In this document: positions 38,673 to 46,220 of the stretch, piece by piece
Numbering within the stretch: position 1 is the first letter of the stretch
Layout: every line of letters starts with the position of its first letter
Assembly (NCBI GenBank): GCA_036564925.1
Contig: DATCOB010000082.1
Span: 149-64,148, forward strand
Length of the DNA: 64,000 nt
Reading direction: 5' to 3'
DNA from: Candidatus Dormiibacterota bacterium
GTDB lineage: Bacteria; Chloroflexota; Dormibacteria; CF-121
The notes under the pieces: generated by a model
Told to the model about the DNA's origin: nothing
Databases searched by the model: none
The model's input: the letters and a program-made list of their open reading frames with translations, nothing else
Made by a program: the position numbers and the translations under genes

Positions 38673-39974
38673 ATGGCCATTCAGCCCCCGCCGCAAGCCA
38701 CCCAGCAACCCCAATTCGTGCCAGTCGCCCCGGCTCGGATCGAGGATTGTGGACTCCCTGTGGCGCGGCTGGCCGAGTTGTTGCTCAAGCACCTCTACTT
38801 CAAGTCGCCGCTTTCGGCGAAGGACTGGGCGGCCGCCGCCTGCCTGCCCTACGCCACCGTGACGCCCGCCATCCAGAGCCTGGTCGAGCAGGGCTGGTGC
38901 CAGACGATCGGGCGGATGGCCGGGCCGGCCATGAGTCATGACTTCGGAGAATCCCTCGGGTACCTGATCACGGACCCGGGCCGGCTCCGGGCTCGGGACG
39001 TGCTGGCACGAGACCACTATGTCGGACCGGCCCCGGTCCCCTTCGCGCAGTACGACGAGTCCGTCCGAGCCCAGGTCAGCCAGGCCGACGTGACGGCTGC
39101 CTGGTTGAGTCGGGCGCTGCAGCACCTGACCCTGAGCCCGGACCTGCTCGTCCAGCTCGGCCCCCCGGTCAATGCCCGGGCCCCGCTCTTCCTCTATGGA
39201 GCTCCTGGCAATGGCAAGACGACCATTGCCGAGGCGTGCGCCGATCTGCTTGGCGAACCGATCTACGTCCCCTACGCCATCGATATCGAGGGTCAGATCA
39301 TGCGGCTCTTTGATCCGCTACACCACCAGCGGGTGAACCGGGAGATGAACTTCAACCTGGACGGGCGCTGGGTGCTCATCAAGCGACCGTTCGTCAAGGC
39401 TGGCGGCGAGCTGACGACGGCCCAACTCGCGCCCTCCTTCGATCCCTTGATGCGCTTCTACGAGGCGCCCATCCACCTGAAGGCGAACGGCGGGATCTTC
39501 CTCCTCGACGACTTTGGGCGCCAGGATTCATCGCCGCGAGCCCTGTTGAACCGCCTGATCGTCGCGCTCGAGCGCCGGATCGACTACCTGACACTGGCCG
39601 GCGCCGGTATGGCCGTGGGCGCGCCCTTCGAGGCCATGGTGGTCTTCAGCACGAACCTCGAGCCCGCCTCGCTCGTCGATGAGGCGTTTCTCCGTCGGGT
39701 CCGCTACAAGATCCACGTCCCGGATCCCACGCCCCTCGAGTTCCGCCAGATCTTCGAGCGGTCATGCAAGGAGTACGAGATCGTTTTCAACGAAGCTGGC
39801 TACAACTACGTGCTCGATCGCTACTACAAGCCGTTCAAGCGCCCCTTTAGAGGATGCCAACCCCGCGATATCCTCAACCAGCTCGACGAAGTCGCCTACT
39901 TCCTCGGTCGGCCGCCGCGACTCGAGCCCGACCTGATCGACCTCGCCTGCCGGTCATATTTCGTCCAGACTTAG
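38673..39974 (+). CDS. AAA+ ATPase with an N-terminal winged-helix-like region
   Basis: Walker A GAPGNGKT, Walker B FLLDD, STN sensor and AFLRR arginine finger. Confidence 0.85.
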   Translation: MAIQPPPQATQQPQFVPVAPARIEDCGLPVARLAELLLKHLYFKSPLSAKDWAAAACLPYATVTPAIQSLVEQGWCQTIGRMAGPAMSHDFGESLGYLITDPGRLRARDVLARDHYVGPAPVPFAQYDESVRAQVSQADVTAAWLSRALQHLTLSPDLLVQLGPPVNARAPLFLYGAPGNGKTTIAEACADLLGEPIYVPYAIDIEGQIMRLFDPLHHQRVNREMNFNLDGRWVLIKRPFVKAGGELTTAQLAPSFDPLMRFYEAPIHLKANGGIFLLDDFGRQDSSPRALLNRLIVALERRIDYLTLAGAGMAVGAPFEAMVVFSTNLEPASLVDEAFLRRVRYKIHVPDPTPLEFRQIFERSCKEYEIVFNEAGYNYVLDRYYKPFKRPFRGCQPRDILNQLDEVAYFLGRPPRLEPDLIDLACRSYFVQT

Positions 39975-39984
39975 CCGGTCGAGT

Positions 39985-40380
39985 TCAGTCGCGGATCTGG
40001 TTCCAGAACTCGATCTCCCACCGCCACTCCTTCCGGTCGTCGGCGTGCCACCAACGCTTGAGGATGCCGGCCTCGCCACCGGGTAAGAGGACGAGCCGCC
40101 CGATGTCGTGCTGGGCCGGCCAGCCATCCTCGAGGCTGATCTGTGTTCCACGTCGCACCAGGTAGCTCATGGGACCGGCCTGATGGCGCTCGAGGTTCTC
40201 GCCGTTCGCGAGCAGGCGGCCATGGGCGTCGCGCACCGTCACCTGCAGGGTCTTGGGCGCGGCATGGACGAGAATGCGATCCCTCGCGTCCTGAGCCCGC
40301 ACCCGGCAGCGCGCAAACGACAGCCCGGTCGCGCCCGGCCCGGGCAGCCACAGGTCCCAGAACTCCAGTGGATCGGCCAT
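39985..40380 (-). CDS. Trp-rich hypothetical protein
   Basis: 131-aa ORF filling the gap; no family recognised. Confidence 0.7.
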   Translation of the reverse strand: MADPLEFWDLWLPGPGATGLSFARCRVRAQDARDRILVHAAPKTLQVTVRDAHGRLLANGENLERHQAGPMSYLVRRGTQISLEDGWPAQHDIGRLVLLPGGEAGILKRWWHADDRKEWRWEIEFWNQIRD

Positions 40381-40399
40381 ACGTCTAATTTACCCCCAT

Positions 40400-40557
40400 C
40401 AAGCGCAGACACTTCTCGCGCCGGTGCGCCGTCCAGCGGCGCATGCGCGGCTCGGGCAAAATTCCAATGCCCTCGCCCTGCGCGACACGCCGCATACGGC
40501 GCCGGCGCTATCCGCGCGAAAGCGCGGCTCGCCCTGCGGGCTCGCTCTTCTGCTCAG
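40400..40557 (+). repeat. Structured intergenic repeat, copy C
   Basis: Contains the 40-nt core. Termini are CAAGCGCAGA...TCTGCTCAG. Confidence 0.85.
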
Positions 40558-40647
40558 CTCTCGCCCTCCGGGCTAGACGCAAAGCCGCCCGGGAAACATT
40601 TCCCGAGCGACCCTGCAGGAGGCGAGGCGATCGAGGTTCGGTAAAAG

Positions 40648-40953
40648 TTAGGTGCGGACCGTCTTGATCAGTCGGTCCTGCGCCTCGAAGATGATGTCCT
40701 GGATGTCGAGGGCGCTTGGCCCCGATTGATCGATGCGGTAGGCAAGTTGCGGATCGACGGCCTCCACGATCTGGCGGAGTCTCGCTTGCATTTCGATGGG
40801 GACTTCCATCATGTCGCTTTCCAGCAGTCGCTCCACCTGCTCGAGGGCCCGGTAGAGCGAATACCGAAGTGTCCGGCGTGCCGACTCCTCGCGGCGCAAC
40901 TGGTTGAACCACTGGTCCTGCTGGTTGATCATCCTGAGCGTGTTCCTGAGCAT
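40648..40953 (-). CDS. 101-aa helical hypothetical protein
   Basis: AAGGGGGAG RBS before ATG 40953. Confidence 0.75.
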   Translation of the reverse strand: MLRNTLRMINQQDQWFNQLRREESARRTLRYSLYRALEQVERLLESDMMEVPIEMQARLRQIVEAVDPQLAYRIDQSGPSALDIQDIIFEAQDRLIKTVRT

Positions 40954-41115
40954 GGTTCTCCCCCTTGCCCACATCCGAGCGCCTGCGCCCTTGACGCGCA
41001 CGCCCGGCGTCTGCCGCCGCCGGTGACATCCCCACTCGCGCGAGCCTTGGTTGGCTACCTCCCCCAAATATGGGGCATTCCCCGCGTCTCGGATACCAAA
41101 TGTAGGTTTTGGCGA

Positions 41116-41144
41116 ATTGTAGCGCCGCCCCACAGTCCTGTCAA
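41116..41144 (-). promoter_or_regulatory. Near-consensus sigma70 promoter TTGACA-N17-TACAAT
   Basis: -35 at 41139-41144 and -10 at 41116-41121 on the minus strand. Confidence 0.75.
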
Positions 41145-41328
41145 CACAGTCGCCCTCGTCTCTCGAAAAACGTCCCCGTCCGCCCAACATCCGCCATCGA
41201 GAGGAGAGAGGGAGACAAAAATACCGTCATCACACAGGACCGTCCAGACGGAACGTTTGTTGGTGGCGGTTTTCCACCTGGAGCTAACAGGCGGTGCATA
41301 AGTCCTGTGGAAAAGCGGTGCAGGCGCG

Positions 41329-41649
41329 TCAGGTCGGGTCGCGCTGCTCGTACTTTTTCAGTGTCGCGGACAGCGTCGACGACAGGTCGATTCCCAGGTC
41401 GTTGGCCAGGAGGACGACCACGAAGAGCACGTCACCGAGTTCATCAGCAATGGAGCTACCCAGGTCCTTGGCAGCGCGGGGCTTGTCACCGTATCGGAAG
41501 TTCAGCTCGCGCCCGAGTTCGCCAACCTCTTCGGCCAGCCTCGCGTACTGGGACAGCGGCGACCAGTACCGTCCGCGCTGCTTGATCCAGGCGTCAACGA
41601 CCTGCTGCAGTTCTGAGAGTCGCGGTGATGCGCCGGGCTGCGGGTCCAC
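41329..41649 (-). CDS. MazG-like nucleotide pyrophosphohydrolase (YpjD-like)
   Basis: YWSPLS, LAEEVGEL and ELGDVLF motifs. Confidence 0.9.
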   Translation of the reverse strand: MDPQPGASPRLSELQQVVDAWIKQRGRYWSPLSQYARLAEEVGELGRELNFRYGDKPRAAKDLGSSIADELGDVLFVVVLLANDLGIDLSSTLSATLKKYEQRDPT

Positions 41650-41651
41650 GC

Positions 41652-44234
41652 TTAGAGGGCGGGCAGGCGCTGACGCAAGGTCAGCGCGTCGTGGAAGAGG
41701 TCGCCCTTCTCCAGCAATCGATCGCCAAGAGTCTTGATCGTCCACCTGTCTGGTCGTAACCTCGGATCGTCCAGCTCCTCCCAGCTGATCGGAGTCGATA
41801 CCGGTGCCCGGACGGCTGGCCGCACCGAGTAGGGGCCGGCCAAGGTCTTGTTGATCACGTTCTGCGTGTAGTCGATGCGGATCTTTCCGGTTCGCCGCTT
41901 GACCTCCCAGATTTCCGTGACCTTGTCGGGCATCAACTCCGCAATCATGTGCGCCAGCTTTTCGACGAATCCCCGGCTCTCATCAAGCGTGTAGCGGCGC
42001 TCGATCGGGATATAGACGTGCAGGCCGGTCTGGCCAGTCGTCTTCAACACGGCCTTCAGCGTCAGGTGATCCAGCGCGGTCTTCACCACCCTGGCGACGG
42101 CGATGACGTCCTTGAAGGTCGCGCCTTCCGCCGGGTCGAGGTCGACGACAGACCAGTCCGGGTACTCCGGCTTGTCGACGCGTGAGTACCACGGGTGCAG
42201 GTCGATCACGGCGTGGTTGGCCAGCCAGGCGAGCGTGGCGACTTCCTCGATGAGCATCCAGTCCTTGATGTTCTTGCGGTCCTCGTAGGTGAACGTCGGA
42301 ATCCAATCGGGGGCGTAGGCCGGCTTGTCCTTCTGCCAGAAACTCTTGCCGTGGATGCCATCCGGATGGGGATTCATCGAGAGGGGCCGGCGGCTGTAGT
42401 AGGGAATCAGCACCGGCGCCACCGCCGCGTAATAGCGGATCAGGTCGCGCTTCGTGAATCGATCCTCCGGGAAGAGTTGCTTGTCGAGGTTCGTCAGGTG
42501 CACGGTGCGGCCGCCGATTTCCCAGTCGCCGTCTTTGACGATCGCGTCCAGCGCCTCGAGCTCCTCGGCCGTCGCGCCTCGAAGCTCCGTCTTGAGCTTT
42601 TTGGCGATCGCGGCCGCGGCGCGGCTGAGCGGCGCATCCGGCACCTTCACGTCGGTTTTGGTGCGGCGCGGACGCGCGGTGCCCGTCCGCTCACGCCGAA
42701 CGGCTCGCGGTTCGACATCGTCGCGCATGCCGAGGAAGACCGGTTGGCGCATCAGGCCGTCTCGCGTCCATTCGGCGAATTTGACCTCGGCTACCAGCTC
42801 CGGCCGGACCCAGGTGGGTTTCTCATTCGCGCGGGGCGGTTTGCCGCTGAAGGGAGAAGCCTTGACGATCAGCGGTTTCATCAGCTTGTGCACCGAAGCC
42901 AGGGTCTTTTCGTCGAAGCCGCCACCCGTGTGCCCGGTGTAGATCAGCCCGGCGTCGTCGTCGTAAACCCCCACCAGCAGTGCGCCGAAGTGCTTCCGGC
43001 TATTGCGGGGTGCCGTGAACCCACCGATGACCACCTCTTGCTCTGCGACGGCCTTGATCTTCAGCCAGGCGCTGCTTCGAACGCCGGGCTGATAGGTGCT
43101 GTCCCGAAGCTTGGCCACAATCCCTTCAAGCCGCTTCTCCTTCGCCGCCCCAAAGAATGCTTTCCCCTGGCCCAGCACATGTTCGGAGTACTTGAGTACC
43201 CCGGCATCCCGCACGACGTTCCGCAGCAGGCGCTTGCGATCCTCGAGCGGAACGTTGAACAGCCGCTGGCCATCCAGGTAGACGATGTCGAACACGACAT
43301 ACTGCAGGGGCAGCGCTTCTTTGCCCCGGTTCTGGAGGAGCTGGAACGACGGGCGCCCCTCCGAATCGAGCGCGACCACTTCGCCGTCGAGCACGGCCTC
43401 CCTGGCCTTGACGAGCGATCCGATGGACTGCAGTTCGGGATACTGGCTCTCGACCATCCGGCCGGTGCGAGTTTGCAGAGAAACCGTCTCGCCTTTGATG
43501 AAACTGATCAAGCGCACGCCATCCCACTTCACTTCGAACAGCCACCGGTCGTCGTCGAACGCCGTCGTCACCAGCTGGGCCTTCATCGGATCCAGGGTGC
43601 GCGGCATCGGGCCCTTCTCGGCGGTCGCCAGGTCGATCAACCCACCCTCGCCCTCGTTGCGCCGGCTCGACCAGACCGCATCCTGGCCCTCTTCGATCTG
43701 CTCTCTTGTGCGGCCCGTCTTCACCGAAGACGAGAGGCGCTCGATATCAAAGGCGGGGTCGGCTGCTTCATCGCGCTTCTTGATCAGCAGCCAGTCTTTC
43801 TCGGAGCGGGTCCGGACGAGCGCGTACCGCCCGCTGAGCTTGACTCCATTGAGTCGGAATTTCACCTCACCGCGTCGTAGCGACTCTGCGGGCGTGGATT
43901 CCTCCAGGGTGAAGGTTCCCCAATCCCAAACCATGACGGTGCCGCCGCCGTACTCCCCCTTCGGAATCAGGCCCTCGAAGTCGTAGTAACTGACGGGGTG
44001 GTCCTCGACGTGGGCGGCCAGCCGCCGCTCCGACGGGTTGAGCGTCGGTCCTTTGGGGATGGCCCAGCTGACCAGGACGCCCTCCATCTCCAGCCGAAAG
44101 TCGTAGTGCAACCGGGTGGCCCAGTGCTTTTGCACCACGAATCGGTTCCCACCGCTCGGATCGGGCGCGCCCTCCGGTTCGGGCGTCCTGGCAAAGTCAC
44201 GCTTTCGGTTGTATTCGCTGAGCGATCGCGGCAT
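41652..44234 (-). CDS. ligD: DNA ligase D (phosphoesterase-ligase-polymerase)
   Basis: QKHWATRLHYDFRLE (PE domain), EVKWDG (ligase), KTTG-x-x-GLH and RIDY (polymerase). Confidence 0.95.
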   Translation of the reverse strand: MPRSLSEYNRKRDFARTPEPEGAPDPSGGNRFVVQKHWATRLHYDFRLEMEGVLVSWAIPKGPTLNPSERRLAAHVEDHPVSYYDFEGLIPKGEYGGGTVMVWDWGTFTLEESTPAESLRRGEVKFRLNGVKLSGRYALVRTRSEKDWLLIKKRDEAADPAFDIERLSSSVKTGRTREQIEEGQDAVWSSRRNEGEGGLIDLATAEKGPMPRTLDPMKAQLVTTAFDDDRWLFEVKWDGVRLISFIKGETVSLQTRTGRMVESQYPELQSIGSLVKAREAVLDGEVVALDSEGRPSFQLLQNRGKEALPLQYVVFDIVYLDGQRLFNVPLEDRKRLLRNVVRDAGVLKYSEHVLGQGKAFFGAAKEKRLEGIVAKLRDSTYQPGVRSSAWLKIKAVAEQEVVIGGFTAPRNSRKHFGALLVGVYDDDAGLIYTGHTGGGFDEKTLASVHKLMKPLIVKASPFSGKPPRANEKPTWVRPELVAEVKFAEWTRDGLMRQPVFLGMRDDVEPRAVRRERTGTARPRRTKTDVKVPDAPLSRAAAAIAKKLKTELRGATAEELEALDAIVKDGDWEIGGRTVHLTNLDKQLFPEDRFTKRDLIRYYAAVAPVLIPYYSRRPLSMNPHPDGIHGKSFWQKDKPAYAPDWIPTFTYEDRKNIKDWMLIEEVATLAWLANHAVIDLHPWYSRVDKPEYPDWSVVDLDPAEGATFKDVIAVARVVKTALDHLTLKAVLKTTGQTGLHVYIPIERRYTLDESRGFVEKLAHMIAELMPDKVTEIWEVKRRTGKIRIDYTQNVINKTLAGPYSVRPAVRAPVSTPISWEELDDPRLRPDRWTIKTLGDRLLEKGDLFHDALTLRQRLPAL

Positions 44235-44262
44235 GGAAATTTCAGTTTGCCAGAATGATCCT

Positions 44263-45447
44263 GTGGACACCGGGCTTCGCCACGATCTTTTGAAATTCGG
44301 CGCCGGGGCCGAGGAACGCCTGGTCACAATGCGGCGCGAGCTGCATGCCCAGCCCGAGCTCTCGTTCCAGGAGAAGGCAACGGCGGAGTACATCGTCGAT
44401 CATCTGAACGCGGGCGAACTCGCCCACCTGGGGCAGGGCGTGGGCGGCACCGGCGTCGTCGCCGACGTCAGGGGGAAGCTCCCAGGTCGCTCCGTGCTGG
44501 TGCGCGCCGATATGGACGGGCTTCCAATCGTCGAAGCGACCAATCTGCCGTACCGGTCAAAGAGCGATGGCGTCATGCATGCCTGCGGCCACGACGTCCA
44601 CATGGCGATCGCCCTCGCGCTTGCGGAGGGGCTGTCCGCCAACCGGCATCGCCTGCCCGGCATGGTCCGTTTCGCGTTCCAGCCGGCCGAGGAGGGCGCG
44701 GGCGGAGCCCGGCCCATGATCGACGCCGGTGTCCTCGACGGCATCGATCGCGTCATCGGCTTGCACGTCTGGTCCGAACTGCCTGTGGGAAAGATCTCGG
44801 TACGCGATGACGCCATGATGGCGAGCGCCGATCAATTTCGTCTGATCATCCGGGGTAAGGGTGGGCACGGCGCCATGCCAGAGGCCACCGTGGACGCGGT
44901 GGTCATTGCGGCCCAGGTGATCACCGCGCTTCAGACGCTGGTCAGCCGCGAAACCTCGCCCCGGTCACCTGTGGTCGTGACCCTCGGCAGCGTTCATGGC
45001 GGTACCGCGCCCAACATCATCGCCGGCGAGGTGGTCATCCAGGGAACGCTGCGAACGTTCGATACGCAGCTCCGGGAGGACTTACTCCTTCGCATTGCCG
45101 AGTTGAGCGCCGGGATCGCGGGCGCGCTGCGGGGATCCTGCGAGTTTCGGCACGAATCGGGAGCCCCCCCGGTCGTCAATGACCCGGCGATGAGTGCCCT
45201 GGTCGCCGAGGCCGCGCGGACAGTGGTCGGCGAGGATGGGGTGGTGCCCTTTATGCCACTGATGGTGGGCGAGGACTTCGCCTACTTCTTGAAGGAGCGC
45301 CCGGGTTGCTTCTTCCTCCTGGGGGGCGCGCCGCGCGGACCTCGGGTCGTCCACCACACGGCCCAGTTCCAGGTCGACGAGGCCTGCCTGCCGATCGGGC
45401 TCAAGGTGATGACGGCCGCGGTGTTGCGGTTACTGGCCCTGGACTGA
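44263..45447 (+). CDS. M20 family amidohydrolase
   Basis: HAQPELSFQE, RADMDGLP, MHACGHD, QPAEE and EDF motifs. Confidence 0.93.
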   Translation: MDTGLRHDLLKFGAGAEERLVTMRRELHAQPELSFQEKATAEYIVDHLNAGELAHLGQGVGGTGVVADVRGKLPGRSVLVRADMDGLPIVEATNLPYRSKSDGVMHACGHDVHMAIALALAEGLSANRHRLPGMVRFAFQPAEEGAGGARPMIDAGVLDGIDRVIGLHVWSELPVGKISVRDDAMMASADQFRLIIRGKGGHGAMPEATVDAVVIAAQVITALQTLVSRETSPRSPVVVTLGSVHGGTAPNIIAGEVVIQGTLRTFDTQLREDLLLRIAELSAGIAGALRGSCEFRHESGAPPVVNDPAMSALVAEAARTVVGEDGVVPFMPLMVGEDFAYFLKERPGCFFLLGGAPRGPRVVHHTAQFQVDEACLPIGLKVMTAAVLRLLALD

Positions 45448-45450
45448 GTC

Positions 45451-45708
45451 CTAGAACTTTGGGCGGCGGAGGCTGGGTCGCACCGTATAGCCGATCAGGA
45501 TCAGGCTCAACAGGAGTGCCGCCAGCATGCTGCCCCAGTTCAAGGGGAACCCAGCCACCGCGGCCAGCAGGCCCAGGGTGGAGCCGAGGAGGGTCACCAT
45601 GCCCAGCAGGCGCACCACGCGGTTGAAGCGGCTGCGAAAGGGAACCCGGATCCTCGGGCGGGGTTCGGCACATTCGGTCGTCGATCGCTGCGCGATGTTC
45701 TCAGCCAA
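45451..45708 (-). CDS. Small two-TM hypothetical protein
   Basis: Two hydrophobic helices; the start is uncertain. Confidence 0.55.
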   Translation of the reverse strand: MAENIAQRSTTECAEPRPRIRVPFRSRFNRVVRLLGMVTLLGSTLGLLAAVAGFPLNWGSMLAALLLSLILIGYTVRPSLRRPKF

Positions 45709-45824
45709 CTCCGGGGATATAACGAAACGACGCCTCGTCTCCCGTCACGGGCCCGTTACAGTCGATTCTCGGGAGGATGACGGCGGGCGACCGAACGGAC
45801 GTCGCAGCCACCTATAATTCCGAC

Positions 45825-46220
45825 TTGATGCCCACCGCCCTGCGGGATGCGCGCACGGCCGAGCAGGCGATGTCCGGTCAATTCGCCTTCTGCTTTCCGA
45901 ATACGACCCTCGCGCAGGCGGCCAAGATGATGGCCCAGAACCGGGTTTACGAACTTCCCGTCATCGTCGATCAGCGGTGCCTCGGTTACGTGTCATATCT
46001 GGACATCCTGCAGCGCTATGTCAAGGCACGGCTTGGCGTTCGGGTCGCCGACGTCATTCGGACGCCGCTGCCTGAGGTTCGGCCCGACACGCCGTTGTCC
46101 GACGCCGTCGGGGTCCTGCGGGAGAGCGGGCGTCACCTGGTCCTCGTCACGACGGAAGCCGGGATGCCGATCGGGGCGGTCACCCTGCGGGATGTGACCC
46201 GCGTCATGGGTCAACCCTAG
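45825..46220 (+). CDS. CBS-domain protein
   Basis: CBS pair; TATAAT (45813-45818) 6 nt before TTG, with ATG at 45828. Confidence 0.85.
   Translation: MMPTALRDARTAEQAMSGQFAFCFPNTTLAQAAKMMAQNRVYELPVIVDQRCLGYVSYLDILQRYVKARLGVRVADVIRTPLPEVRPDTPLSDAVGVLRESGRHLVLVTTEAGMPIGAVTLRDVTRVMGQP

Noticed and set aside
40576-40586. GACGCAAAGCC resembling the c-di-GMP-I riboswitch core
   Set aside because: The upstream GGCAAA/GAAA P2 element is absent, and no same-strand gene lies downstream (the next gene is convergent).
41053-41065. GGGGGAGGTAGCC resembling the start of the yybP-ykoY (Mn) riboswitch
   Set aside because: The other conserved elements (the CAACAUAC-like loop and GAGACC) are not found, and the downstream gene is not a metal transporter.
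41251-41262. GAACGTTTGTTG near-match to a LexA box
   Set aside because: There is a mismatch in the conserved GTTC, and it lies over 100 nt from the identified promoter.
41293-41314. oriC
   Set aside because: There are only two DnaA-like boxes, no AT-rich unwinding element, and no dnaA/dnaN/gidA nearby.
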